64,000 bases of DNA from the human T2T-CHM13v2.0 reference genome, Homo sapiens. The stretch is from assembly GCF_009914755.1 (NCBI RefSeq), contig NC_060926.1; one strand, written 5' to 3'. Position 1 is the stretch's first letter; each line of letters starts with the position of its first letter. The notes under the pieces are model-generated. The model was not told the origin of the DNA, ran no database searches, and saw only the letters and a list, made by a program, of their open reading frames with translations. The translations under genes and the position numbers were made by a program. Shown here piece after piece: positions 45,485-63,999 of the stretch.

Positions 45485-46738
45485 TCAGAGAGACAGACAT
45501 CTGGCTGATTCAGAATTTGCTCCAGCTGAGCTTTGATTCTGAATATTTTAGTACTTACCTCCTTTGATTAAAATGAAAAAGCAGAGATAATGCAGCCAAA
45601 TCCACTTAATATCAAGTCATCAATTTAAAAATCTGTTTTATTTTTTTCTCCTGACTCCAAGCAATTTGGCAAAATCGCAATACAACTAGCCAAACACTCA
45701 CTGACATCAAAACACCCTCAAGGTTAGGGCTGAGTAAAAACCATTGCTTTCTGAAATAAAAAAAAAAACTTTCTATCAACCCAAGCAAACAAAAATTAAT
45801 TGTTTTAATAGATAAAATATGCCATTTTATGCCTCCTCTCTGGGTACACACAGCAGCAATATTTGAGCAGACCAGAATAGTAACATCAATTCTGTAGAAT
45901 TAAAGGCTAGAAACTTGGCCTGGCTTTGGATGATGTCATTTTCTTCTACTTTTGTTTTTAGAAAACCTTGTTTACATTACTCTAGAAGAGGAAATCTAAT
46001 CATATTAAAATCGCATTTTCTAGTAGTTCTTAGAAGATTAAACCAGACTTGCAAATGGCTTGAGAAATAACAAGTTCAATATTATTTGTGAAAGACCTAT
46101 GTTTGACTGGAAATAACTAGACTCAGTCCGTGTTCACATCTGACCTTCCTACACAACCATAGCAAGAAAAATAGATTTTGTTCAGGGAAAAGCCATTTGG
46201 CTAATTTCCTTGGACCTGCATGTTCTAATCAAATTTGGTCAAACACAAAGGACATAAGAAGCCAAGCATTATTTAGATGTATTGCTTAGATTGGCTTCAA
46301 AAATGATCTTTTCTTCAGAAGTCCCCCTAAAAATAAAGGAAAACCTCTTCCCAATTTCTATGATTCCTATCAGCACTTTCTTCTTGAACATTTCTTTATT
46401 CTGTTTCTTCTAACATCCACTGATTAATACATGCCTATCATTCTGCTAGGGTCTGTGGAGGATATACAAAATAGAAAATGCATCTTTACTCTCACAAGGC
46501 TTTTATTCTGGTTGGAGAAATAAAACACCTGCATATATACCTACAACACATAACCATATACAATCAGTAAAAGGTAAGTTTAAGATGGTGAGATAGGAAT
46601 ATCAGCCTTGATTGTGGGGTGGCATTTGAAGTAGAGATTGTGAAAGATGTGTCAGCTGAAAAAAGGCAAAGAATAGACCAGAAAATGAGAAAACCGTGAG
46701 GAGAGACAGGGAGGAAGGAAAATAGAAAGCATGCTCTT

Positions 46739-47186
46739 GGCTGGGTGCCGTCTCACACCTGTAATCCCAGCACTTTGGAAGCCAACATGGGTGGATTACT
46801 TGAGGTCAGGAGTTTGAGACCAGCCTGGACAACATGGCGAAACCCCATCTCTACCAAAAATACAAATATTAGCCAGGTTTGCTGGTGCGTACCTGTGGTC
46901 CCAGCTACAGAGGAGGCTGAAGTGGGAGGATCACCTGAGTCCAGGAGGTCAAGGCTGCAGTGAGCCATGATCATGCCACTGTAATCACTCCAGCCTGGGC
47001 GACAGAGTGAGACTGTGTCTCAAGAAAGAAAGAAAGAGAGAAGGAAGGAAGGAAGGGAGGGAGGGAAGGAGGGAGGGAAGGAAGGGAAGGAAGAAAGAAA
47101 AAGAAATAAAAGAGAGAGAAAGAAAGAGAGAGGGAGGGAGGGAGGAAGGAAGGAGAAGGAAAAGGAAGGAAGGAAGAAAAAGAAAG
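46739..47186 (+). mobile_element. AluJ with expanded GGAA/GAAA tail
   Basis: TSD AAGCATGCTCT. Confidence 0.93.
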
Positions 47187-47797
47187 AGCAAGCATGCTCT
47201 GTTTTGTTGAAGGCAAGGCCCATTTGGGGGAGCAGTGAGATATCAAACTGAAAAGGGAGGAGGGCCCAGCATTATTAATACCAGGGAGGGCATCCAGCTG
47301 TATTAGGTAGGCACGGAAACCACTAAAGGCTTCCAACTGAGGAGGAACAAACACATTTTTGGAAGATAGGAGCCTGGTAATGACAGAGTGAGACTCTGTC
47401 TCAAGAAAGAAAGAAAGAGAGAGAAAGAGAGAAGGAAGGAAGAAAGGAAGGAAAGGAGGGAGGGAGGGAAAAAGATGGAAGGGAAGGAAGAAAGGAAACA
47501 AAGAGAAAGAAAGAAAGAAAGACAGGAAGGAAGGAGAAGGAAAAGGAAGGAAGGAGAAGGAAAAGGAAGGAAGGAAGCAAGGAAGGAAGGAAAAGAAAGA
47601 GAGCAAGCATGCTCTGTTTTGTTGAAGTCAAGGTCCATTTAGGGGAGCAGTGAGATATCAAACTGAAAAGGGAGGAGGGCCCAGCATTTTTAATACCAGG
47701 GAGGGCATCCAGCTGTATTAGGTAGGCAACGGAAACCAATAAAGGCTTCCAACTGAGGAGGAACAAACACATTTTTGGAAGATATGAGCCTCGTAGT
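47001..47797. repeat. Tandem duplication, 2 copies (381 and 416 bp)
   Basis: Each unit = Alu 3' end + purine tract + ~200 bp unique sequence. Confidence 0.93.
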
Positions 47798-47859
47798 GAC
47801 ATGCAGATTCCTGGAAGAGGCCAAAACAAGAGGCCAGACACCAGGAGGGTCTCACAGGA

Positions 47860-48330
47860 ATCAGAGCCTGAAGTGAGGGAGTCAGGTTGGGTTGTGGCAG
47901 TGGGAATGGAAAAGTGAGATCAAAAGGAAGAGCCACTAAAAATGAAGACTGGACAGGATGTGACCCTTCGAATGATGAGGAACGCAAGAGAGATGAAGAC
48001 CCCATTCCAAGCCTGGGTGATGGGAAGTGGCTGTGCAACCAGTGAAAATAATGATAGGAAAGAGAGAGATGCTGGCATGGACGGAGGGCCGTAGAGGAAA
48101 AGCAAAGATTCCAAGTTTCGCCTTACTCATAAAGAGTTTGCAGTGTGAACAGTTTGTCCGCACAGTCACTTGGCAGGAATAGGGATGAGAATTCAGGACA
48201 GAAAATACGGGCTTGTGATTAAAATCTGGGATTGAATAAGAGGGAGGCAGAGGTTGATTCCATGGGTACATATGAGCCCATGACAAGCAGATAACGTGGT
48301 AGAGAGGAGAGGGGGTTCAGGGGAGCAAAA
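47860..48330. mobile_element. L2 fragment
   Basis: Purine-rich degenerate L2 text (GGCAGTGGGAATGGAAAAG...GAATTCAGGACAGAAAATACGGGCTTG...AATCTGGGA). Confidence 0.55.
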
Positions 48331-49913
48331 GGGGAGCAGAAAACAGAGTTCAAGCCAGAATTTAGGAAGTCTGTCTTCCTTGTAAGGCAACTTCCTGTAA
48401 TGTCTTTGGGGTGCAGTGCAGTGTGGTTGCCCACCCTGTCCCATCCTCCCTGTCAGCATCTGCGCCTCTGGGTCTCCTGCCCTTCCTCAGCAGGATCCAC
48501 CTGGGTGGGGTGGGGATGACGCAGAGATGGCACTAGTCTTCTCTGTGGGCTGCCCCTGATTTATCCCCACAACCACTCATACACAAGGCTCTAGAGCATG
48601 GCAAAATTTTTATTAAAGCTTTGGGGATACCTGGAGGAAATTATAATGCACAAAAGAAGAAAACTGAAGTCCATATGCTTAATATAAATATTTTATCCTA
48701 GAGTCCAGGAGAAGAGGAGAAATGCCAGCGCCTTCACAAAGCAGACTCGACTTCCTAGTCTTGCTTTCATGACTTGAGGCCCATTCTTCTCTTCCCCTGC
48801 TTAAGAAAAGCCTGTCTTTTTATTATTATTTATTTATTTATTTATTTATTTTTGCTGTGCCAATCTCCACATCTCTCTTCTGGACCCAGTGGGTCCTCTC
48901 ACACGGAGCCACATTCTCACTCCACACAGGCATGTATTCCAGGAAACGCAGTAACTACTAGGACATTTCCCAGCATGTGAGTTAATCCATCCAGAGCCCC
49001 AATGCAGGTGGCTTCGGGAGGACAGTGCTGAGGCCTCTCCCACGCAGGTTAAGTCCCTGCCCAGGTGTCTCCATGGTGGGAGGTGAGGGTAGCCTTCCAA
49101 ATTGTCCTGCAGATAACATGAAAATACAACCTCACACACTCCTTTCAAGGACAAACAGTCATTCTCAGAAACAGTGTAGTCTAAATACACATTGAAGGAA
49201 GAGAAACATTTTCCTAAAGGCGATACAACCTGCAAAATATTTCCCAGCCCATCACCGAAAGAGCTTTTTATATTTTTAGGCAGAACCATCTGTTTCTCTT
49301 TTCCCCCATTCCCTGCTCTAGGACATGCCTAGGGCCCAGCTGTGAGATGCTTGGCTTTGCAACAACAGAACCATCCATCCGCCCGAAGACCTTGCAGCAA
49401 TTCTGCAATTAAACTTGTTTTATGAGGAATGTGAGAAGAGAAGCCCGCTAAAGTGGGAGAGACATATGGAATGAAAGGTAGAGGGATGAGGAAAATAGAA
49501 CTACAATTTAGGCCAAGGGAAAGAAGAGATGTAGGGAATAGTAGGCCAGTTTCATGTACTCCAATTAAATCAACATAGAAGAGTGACCCCCCCAAAATTG
49601 AATTTCCAACCTAGATGTTATTGGTGACCATCTACAAAGGTGTTTCAACAGAATGAGGGTGGGAGTGGAGCAGAAACCACAGGTTTTCTTTTCAAGAGAA
49701 GATAACAATAAGAAAAAAAAAAGATGAGATGACAGACCAAGATGGCAGGAGATGAGGGGTAAGGTTTCCTGAGGTGAGAAATACCTGGGAATATTTGTAA
49801 GCAGAATGGAAAATCTAGGGATAAGGAGGGATTGAAGTCTGTCTCTAGTTGATGAAACAGCAGTGTGACATGGGAACTGGGGAGGTGGGAGACAGAAAGC
49901 TGAGGCTCTGTAA

Positions 49914-50250
<337 letters not shown>

Positions 50251-50792
50251 CCCATCCCCACCTAAACAGTGCATTTTTAGAAAGAAAGTACACAAATAGA
50301 TATAAAGATACAAAAACAATCAAACAAGAAACTACAACAATACTGAGGCAGAAAGGAGATTATTGGGGAAGATTGACTTCCTCAATGAGGTAAAAGCCAA
50401 GTCAGGTGTTGAGCCTGAAGAACTGAGTTTGGGAGCTTGAACATTGCAGTGAACGATGCTCACACAGCTCCTGTATGGAATTCAAGAGGCAGCAACAGAA
50501 AGAGTTGGGGGAAAGACACCAGACCTCCTTTTCCAACAACTTAGACCACCCTTCCCAATGTGCACAACTCAAAAACTAAAAGAAAGAGAAGCAGCAGCTA
50601 GCTGATGATGATTAAAGGCCATGAGAAATCCCCAGCCGGCTTTGGAAGAGAATCACCCAGAGAGGTGAGCCCGGCGTGCAGAGTCCTTTTCCCTCGAGAG
50701 CGTCTGCCAGTTCCTGCGGAGGCATCTGAGCAGTGCTTCTGACAGCCTTATGGAGCTGGGAGACTACATGGTTTTGACTTTTATGAAGTCCA

Positions 50793-51595
50793 GTTAATTT
50801 TTCTAATAATAGTAGAGCCACCCCTATCTTTTGCTTACTATTTGCATGGACTGTCTTTCTCCATCCTTTCACTTTCAACCTGTTTGTGTTGGAAGCTCCT
50901 ACATCGCTGGTGGGAATGTAAAATGGGCAGCAGGTCTGGAAAACAATTTGATTATTCCTAAAAAGCTAAACACAGGATTACCATATGCCCTAGCAATTCT
51001 GCTCCTAGGTATATACCCCAAAGAATTGAAAACAGAGACTCAAACCAGTACTTGTTCGTGAATGTTTATAGCGGCATTATCCGTATTAGCCAAGATAAAA
51101 ACAACCGAAGTGAGCAAAGGAATGGATATGTTAGTCAGTGTTCTCCACAAAAACAGAGCTCTCAGTGTGTGTATAAATTAACCATCACAATGGGTAAAGA
51201 AACATCATACAGATATGTTTTGCTCAGAAGAAGAAATGAAGTTCTGAATCATGCTACAACATAGATGAACCTTGAAAACATTGTGCTAAATGATATAAAC
51301 CAGACAAAAAAGGACAAATATTGTATGATTCTACTTACATGAAATATCTAGGATAGGCAAATTCATAGATAGAAAATAGATTAGAGATTATGAGGTGCCG
51401 GGAAGGAGGTAAATAGTGGGAGTTATTGCTTCATGGGTAGAAAGTTTTCGTTTGGGGTAATAAAAACATTTTGGAGTTAGACAATAATGATGGCATGTAC
51501 ATAATTAATGATATTGAATTTGTACACTTAAAAATCAAAATGTACAAATAGCCTGGTAAGTTTTACATTACATATATTTTACTGCAATAAAAAGA
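50793..51595 (+). mobile_element. L1MB-like 3' end with a short inverted ORF2 segment at its 5' side
   Basis: 50793-50890 minus encodes KVKGWRKTVHANSKQK; 50891 onward plus GGNVKW...LLGIYPKELK and 3' UTR. Confidence 0.8.
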
Positions 51596-51722
51596 AATTG
51601 ATTAACATACCTGATCATGTAACTACAGAGAAAAACCATATGGTCTTCTCAATAGATGTAGAAAGTCATTTAATAAAATTTAAAATTCATTTATGAAAAA
51701 TACTTTTAACAACTTAAAAACA

Positions 51723-52030
<308 letters not shown>

Positions 52031-55000
52031 CTAAAATCAGAGGAGAACTTTTTTCACCTGATAAAGAATATTGTGCCAGTTATCAGTTCACTGCCTCTCA
52101 GCTCCAAATTCACCCTTCACTAGCTGCTCTGTGATGAACTAGATTCATTTAAGCATTTTCCGCTTACAGTCAGTACACGGAACTTTGCCTAAAAAGGGTG
52201 CTGGAGAGATGTTGTAAGACAAAGGTGGCTTCTCTTCCTGGTTCCAGTGTGCAACATTTTGTTTTGTTTTCCTTTGTCTTTTAAAAAAATTGATATTTAA
52301 TAATTGTACATATGGGATACATGTGATATTTTAATATATGTATGCAATGTGTAATGATCAAATGATAGGATATCCATCACATCAAACATTTATCATTTCT
52401 TTGTGTTGGGACTATTTCAAATCTTCTTTTCTAGCTATTTTGAAATATACAATAAATTATTATTAACTATAGTCACCCTATCATGCTACCAAACACTAGA
52501 ACTTATTCCTTCTCTCTAACTGTATGTTTGTACTCAACCAATCTCTCTTCATCCTCCCCAATCACCCTTCCTAGCCTCTGGTAACTTTACATCATTCTAC
52601 TCTGTACCTGCATGAGATCAACTTTTTTAGTTCCCATGTATGAGTAAGAACATGCAGTGTTTGTCTTTCTGAGCCTATCTCATTTCACTTAACATAATGT
52701 CCTTGAGTTCCATCCATGGTGCTGCAAATGACAGGATTTCATTCTTTTTAATGTCTGCTTAATAGTCTGTGGTGTTTACATACATGTATTCTTTATCTGT
52801 GCATTCATTGATGGACACTTAGGTTGATTCTTGGCTATCATGGATAGTGCTGCAATAAATGTCAGCATGCAGATATCTCTTGGATATAATGATTTCCTTT
52901 CTTTTGGAAATATACCCAGCAGTGGGATTGCTGGACCATATGCTAATTCTATTTTTAGTTTTTTGAGGAAACTCCATACTCTTTTCTATAATGGCTATAC
53001 TAATTTACATTTCCACAGGCAATGAACTAGAATTCTCCATCTCCACACCCTCATCAGCATCTGTTATGTTTTGTCTTTTTGATAATATCAATTTTAACTG
53101 GGGTGAGATGGTATTTCATTGTGGGTTTCATTTGCATTTCCCTGATGATAACTGATGTTGAGCATTTTTTTCATATGCCTGTTGGCCATTTGTATGTCTT
53201 CTTTTGATAAATGTCTATTCAGATCATTGGCCTTTTGTTTGTTTGTTTGTTTGCTATTGAGTTCTTTGCATCCCTTATATATGCTGGTTACTAATCCCTT
53301 ATTAGATGCATAGTTTGCAAATATTGTTTTCCCATTCTGTAGGTTGTCTCTTTACTCTGTTGATTGTTGCCTTTGCAGTGCACATACTTTTTAACTTGAT
53401 ATAATCCCATTTGTCTATTTTTGCTTTTTTTCCTGTGCTTCTAAGTTCTTACCCAAAAAGAAATTTTGCCCAGGTCAATCTCCTGAAGCATTTCCCCAAA
53501 GTTGTCTTCCAGTTGTTTCATAGTTTCAGGTCCTACACTTAAGTCTTTAATCTATTTTGAGTTAATTTTTGTATGTGATAAGAAATAGTAGTCTCATTCC
53601 ATTTTTCTAAATATAGATATTCAGTTTTCCCAGAACTATTTGTTGAAGACACTGTCCTTTCTCCATTGAATGTTGTCAGCTATAAATATGTGGATTTATT
53701 TCTGGGTTCTCTATTCTGTTCCACTGGTCTATGTGTCTGCGTTTATGCCAGTACCATACTGTTTTGGTTACTATAGCTTTGTAGTATATATTGTAGCCAG
53801 GTAATGTGGTACCTCCAGCTTTGTTCTTTTTGCTCAGGATTGCTTTGGCTACTTGGGCTCTTTTGTGGTTTCACTGAAATTATAGAATTTGTTTTCTAAT
53901 TCTGTGAAGAATATAATTGGTATTTTGATAGGAATTGCATTGAATCTATAGATTGCTTTGGGTAGTATATCATTTCACAATATTAATTCTTCCAATTTGT
54001 GAACATAAGATGTCCTTCCATTTTGATGTAACATCTTCAGTTTCTTTTTTATCAGCATTTCATAAGTTTTGTTTTTTTGGAGAGATCTTTCACCTCTTTG
54101 GTTAAGTTTATTCTTAGGTATTTTTTTTTAGTAGCTATTTAAAATGGGATTGTTTTATTGGTGTCTTTTTGCACTGGTTTGTTGTTGGTACATAGCAATA
54201 TTATCAATTTTGTATATTAATTGTGTATCCTGCAACTTTACTAAATTTTAAAATCACCTCTAAAAGTTTTTCTGGTGGAGCTTTTAGGGTTTTCTATATA
54301 TAAGATCATATTATCCAAAAACAGGGACAATTTCATCCTTTCCAATTTGGATGCCTTTTATTTCTTTCTCTTGCCTAATAGCTCTGGCTCAGACTTCCAG
54401 CACTATGTTGAATAAGAGTGGTGACAGTGGCCTTCCTTGTGTTGTTCCACTTTTTAGAGGGAAAGTTTCAGCTTTTCTCCATTCAGTATTAAGTTAGCTG
54501 TGTGTCATACATGGCCTTTATTAGGTTGAAGTATGCTCCTTCTATACCTAGTTTGTTGAGGACTTTTATCATGAAGCAATGTTGATTTTATCAAATGCTT
54601 TTTCTGCATTTTTTGAGATGGTCATATGGTTTTTGTCCTTCATTTTATTGATGTAATGTAAAATATTCATTGATTTGCATATATTGAACCATGCTTACAT
54701 TCCTGAGTTAAATCCCACTTAATCATAGTAAATGATCTTTTTAATATACTACTGGATTTGGCTGGCTTGTTTGTTGATCATCTATGTTCATCGGTGATAT
54801 TGGCCTGTAATTTTCTTTTTCTGTGGTGTCCTTATCTGGTTCTGGTGTCAGGGTAATGCTGGCTTTGTAGAATGAGTTTGGAAAAATTCACTCCTCTTCA
54901 ATTTTCTGGAAGAGTTTGAGAAGAATTGGTATTAGCTGTTTGTTTTTTAATGTTTGGTAGAATTCAGAAGTGAAGCCATCGGGTACTTGACTTTTCTTTG

Positions 55001-55317
55001 GTGGGAGACTCTGTATTTACTGACTTGATGTTGTTACTCATAATTGGTCTATTATGGTTTTCTGTTTTTTCTTGGTTCAACCTTGGTAGGTTGTATGTGT
55101 ACAGAAACTTATCTATTTCTGTTAGGCTTTCCAATCTGTGGATGTGTAGTTCTTCATAACAGTCTCTAATGATCCTTTGTATTTCTATGATATCAGTTGT
55201 AATGTCTCCTTTTTTGTTTCTGATTTTATTCATTTGGATCTTTTCTCTTAGTCTAGCTAATAGTTTGTCTACTTTGTTTATCTTTTCAAAAAAACAACTT
55301 TTCATTTTGTTGATCTA

Positions 55318-55698
<381 letters not shown>

Positions 55699-56584
55699 CT
55701 AATTTTGTGTGTGGTTTATTCTTTCCTAGTTCTTTGAGATGCATCATTAGGTTATTTATTTGAAATCTTCCTACTTTTGTGGTGTAGATGTTTATTGCTA
55801 TAAAATTCCCTCTTTATGCTGCTTCTGCTCTATCCTGTAGGTTTTGGTATGTTTCGTTGCTATTTTCATTTGTTTCAAGACATTTTTTTACTTCCTTCTT
55901 AATTTCTTCATTGACTCATTGGTTATTCAGGGGCATGATGTTTAATTTTCATGTATCTGTACAGTTTTGAAAGTTCCTCTTGTTGTTGGTTTCTAGTTTT
56001 TTCCCATTGTGGTCAAAAAAGATATTTAATATGATCTCAATTCTTTTAAATTTGTTGAGGTTTGTTTTGTGGCCTAACATGTGGTCGTTCCATGTGGTGA
56101 TGAGAAGAATATGTATTCTGCAGCTGTTGGATAAAATGTCCTGTAAAGGTCTGTTAGGTCCATTTTGTCGAAAGTACAGTTGAAATCCAATGTTTCTTTG
56201 TTGATTTTCTGTATAAATAACCTGTTCAATGCTGAGAGTGGGGTGTTGAAGTCTCCAACTGATGCAGGACAGGCAAGCCCCCAAATTGTGACTTAGTCCT
56301 GGAGAGTTCTTGGCTTCACCCATGAAAGAATTCAAGGGCATTTGGTGGTGTTGGACAGTGGCAGTGTACAGCGGCAGCAGAGGTACCCCATAGGGAGTGT
56401 ACCCAGAGCAGCAGCTCGGAGGCAGTTCTGCACTCATATTTATACCCACTTTTAATTATGTGCAAATTAAGGGGCAGATTATGCAGAAGTTTTTAGGATG
56501 TGGGTAGTAACTTCTGGGTTGTCAGATTGTTGCCATGGAAAGGGGCAGTAAGTTCCAGGTATTGCCATGGCAATGGTAAATTGA

Positions 56585-57249
<665 letters not shown>

Positions 57250-58419
57250 AACCCCAATCTGTTTTAGCAAGTCCTCAATTTGGTCTAGTGTCCAACCCCT
57301 GCCTTCAGAGTCTAGTCTTGCCTCCTACCTTACAACTATTATTGGAATACAGTTTGTCTTTCCCTTTAGATCTAATATTTGCTTTATATATCTGGGTGCT
57401 CCAATGTTGGGCACGCATATATTTATAATTGTTGTATTTTCTTGCTGAATTGATCCCTTTATTATTATGTAATAACCTTCTTCATCTCTATTTGCAATTT
57501 GTGATTTAAAGTTTGTTTTATCTGATATATGTATAGGTACTTCTGCTTGCTTTTGGTTTCCATTTGCATGGAATATCTCTTCCCATCCCTCCACTTTCAG
57601 TCTATGCTTGAATTTACACATGAAGTGAGTTTCTTGTAAGCAGCATATATTTGGGTCATATTATTTTTATCCATTCTGCCAGCATATATCTTTTAAGTGG
57701 GGAATTTGATTCATTTACATTCAAGGTTGTTATTGATAGGTGAGCACTTACTCTGTCATTTTGTTAATTGCTTTCTGAGTGTTTTGTATTTCCTTTGCTC
57801 CTTAATTTCTCTCTTATTGTTTAAGTGTTTTTGCTTTTTCTTCCTCCTGCTGCATAGATGGTCAGAGGTATAAGTGTGCTGGGACATTTGATAATGCTCT
57901 ACTCCAGCAATGTACCCAAAGTATGTAGTCCACAGCATCTTTCAGCATTAACCTAGGCCTAGTAACTAACTTCCCATGACCCTTACAAGGTTCCTGGCAA
58001 GCAATTCTCAGTGGCAGCCTAACATCTTCTATACACCCACCCACTCACCCACCAGCTTTGGATCCTAAAGAGTGGTTTCCTGCTTGCCCATTGACTATGG
58101 CCCAGTTCTAGCCTGTGCAATCCAGCAAATTTCTCCACCAACCAGAGTGCTACAACCACATTGTCTACATGAGAGCTGAACCCCAGCCTTTGGAAGACAG
58201 CCACTCTTCCAAGTTTGTACTTCCTTGTGTACTCTCCCACAACACTAGGGTATCTTTTAACATTCTCTTTACATCTTTATAGTTACCATCCTATCTTTGC
58301 TCAGTGATTTTTTATTCTGAACTTTTCCTGTTTAAATTACTATGTGGTTTCTGATGGATCCGATTGAACCCAGACTGATACAAGAATCTACAAAATATCT
58401 ATAGTAAATGTTGTACTCA

Positions 58420-58786
<367 letters not shown>

Positions 58787-59283
58787 CTACTATTACCACT
58801 TCTATTCAACATTTAACTGAAAATCCTGCCCATTGTAGTAAGACAAGAAGAAAAATTAATAAAATGCATATGGATTGGAAAAGATGAAAGGAAATTTTTA
58901 TTATTCACAGATTATAGTGATAGTGTACATTAAAGCATCCAAAGCAATTTATTCAATTATTATAATTAATAAATATAATTAGCAAGATTCCTGGACACAA
59001 ATAACATTCAAAAATCAATCATATTTCTTTAAACAAGCATGAATAGTTAGAAAAAGAAACTTTAAAAAAAACACAAAACATCAAAAATATTATTTGGCAG
59101 CAAATGTAACAAAAGAGGTGTGAAAAATCATAATACATTACTGTGAAAAATTGAAGAGCCCTAAAAATGATATGCATGTTCATGCAATTACCAATTCAAT
59201 ATTGTCAAGTTGCCAATGCTCCTTCTAGACTGGTGTCCAGAGGCAAAACAATTACAATTAAAATTTCTACAGGTATTTTTTGA

Positions 59284-59601
<318 letters not shown>

Positions 59602-59805
59602 TATTTTTAACATTTATAGGCATACCTTGGAGATATTGTGAGTTTCGTTCCATACCACCACAATGGCAATAAAGCGAGCCACACAAACTTTTTGATTTCC
59701 CAGTGCGTATAAAAGTTATGTTTACATTATACTGTAGTCTATTAAGTGTGCAATAGTACGATGTTTAAAAAACAATGTATAAACCCTAATTAAAAATACT
59801 TTATT

Positions 59806-60116
<311 letters not shown>

Positions 60117-60977
60117 TCATCTGTGCCTTTGGTGAGTTATAATCCTTTAGCTATTGGAGCAGCCTGCCTTTGTGTTAATGACTACTCACTGATCAGAGTG
60201 GTGGTTGCCAAAAATTGGGATGGCTTTGGCAATTTCAAAAAATAAGACAATGAAATTTGCCCCATCAATGACTTTCTTTCATGAAGAATTTCTGTGTAGC
60301 ATGTGATTTCACCCACAGTTGAACTTCATTCGAAATTGGAGACAATCCTCTCAAACTTTACACTGCGTTGTCAACCAAGTTTATGTAATATTCTCAATTC
60401 TTTGTTGTCATTTCAACAATATTCACAGTATCTTCACCAGGAGTAGATTCTGTCTCCATAAAACATTTTCTTTGTTTATCCATAAGAGGCGCAACTTCTC
60501 ATCTGTCCAAGTTTTCTCGTGAGATTGCAGTAATTCAGTCACGTCTTCAGGCTCCACTTCTAATTCTAGTGCTCCTTCTATTTCCATCACATCTGCATTG
60601 ACTTCCTCCACTGAAGTCTTGAACTCCTCAAAATCATTCATGAAGGTTGGAATCAACTTCTTCCAAACTCCTGTTAATGTTGATATTTTGACCTCCTGAC
60701 ATGAATCATGAATGTTCTTAATGGCATCAAGAAGAGTGAATTATTTTTAGAAGGTTCTCAATTTACTTTGCTCATGTCCATCAGAGGAATCATTCTCTGT
60801 GGCAGCTATAGCCTTATAAAATGTATTTCTTAAATAATAAAACCCAAAAGTTGAAGTTACTCCTTGATTCATGGGCTACAAAATAAATGTGTCAGCAGGT
60901 GTGAAAACAACCTTAATCTCTTTGTACATCTCCATCGGAGCTCTTGGGTGACCAGATACATTCTTAAGCAGCAGTAG

Positions 60978-61619
<642 letters not shown>

Positions 61620-61969
61620 TGCAGTAATATTTTGAAAGGAATTTTTTTCCTAAGCAGTAGGTCTCAGGAATAAAGAGTAGACTTAAAATGTTTTGTAAAT
61701 CATGCCATAAACAGATGTGCTGTCATCCAGGATTTGTTGTTCCATTTATAGAGTACAGGCAGAGTACACTTAGCTTAATTCTTAAGGGCCCTGGGATTTT
61801 CAAAATTGTAAATGAGCATTGGCTTCAAATTAAAGTCGCCAGCTGCACTAGCTCCTAATGAGAGAGTCAGCCTGTCCTTTGAAGCTTTGAAGCCAGGCAT
61901 TGACTTCTCCTCTCTAGCTATGAGAGGCCTAGATGGCATCTTCTTCCAATAGAAGGCTGTTGCATTCTA

Positions 61970-62617
<648 letters not shown>

Positions 62618-63563
62618 CTAGGGAAGCACTTTTAATTTCCTTTAAGAACTTTTCCTTTGCATTCACAATTTGACCATTTGGTGCAAGAGGCATGGCTTTC
62701 AGCATATCTCAGCTTTCAGCACACCTTCCTGACTAAGCTTCATCATATCTGGCTTTTGATATAAAGTAAGCAATGTGTGATCCTTCTTTTCACTTGAAAA
62801 CTTAAAGGCCACAGTAAGGTTATTAATTGGCCTAATGTCAATATTGTTGCTTCTCAGGGAATAAGGAGGCCCGAAGAGAGAGAGAGAGATGAGGGAATGA
62901 CTTTGCTGGGGAGTAGTCAGTTTGCTGTCTTACACGGGCAGTTCATGGCATCCCCGATTACAACAGTAACATCAAAGATCCATGATCACAGATCACCACA
63001 GTAGATATAATAATAATGAAAAAGTTTAAACTATGGTGAGAATTACCAAAATGTGCCACAGATCTGAAGTGAGCACATGTTGTTTGAAAAATACAGCCAG
63101 CCAATAGACTTTCCAGATGGAGGGCTGCCACACGCCTTCCATTTGTAAAAAATGCAACATCTTTGAAGCATGATAAAACAAAGTGCAGTGAAACAAGATG
63201 TGCCTAACTACGGATGTGAAAAGGTCATTAAAGAGTCAAGACGCTTTTGAAGAGGAAAACCAAGTAAGAAAAACTTGCTTTACCAATTATTTGCAAATAT
63301 AATGCAAATAATTATGCAAATAATTATTGCCTTATAAAGGTGCAATAATTCAAACAGTGTAGCATTAGCATAAGCCTCGAGATGAATGGAACAGAATACA
63401 GAATGCAAAACCAGACTCGTGCATATATGGACATGACAAATTGGCACTGCAGAGAGTAAGTGAACCAGAGTATTTTAAACAGATTATGCTGGAAAAATTG
63501 AATACCCATGTGGAAAAAAATGAAACTTGGCCACTACCTCACTCCATATAAAAATCAGTCTTA

Positions 63564-63999
<436 letters not shown>

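Noticed and set aside
46971-47841. Long F/L/P/S- and R/K/E/G-rich ORFs
   Set aside because: Stop-free purine tracts within the tandem duplication.
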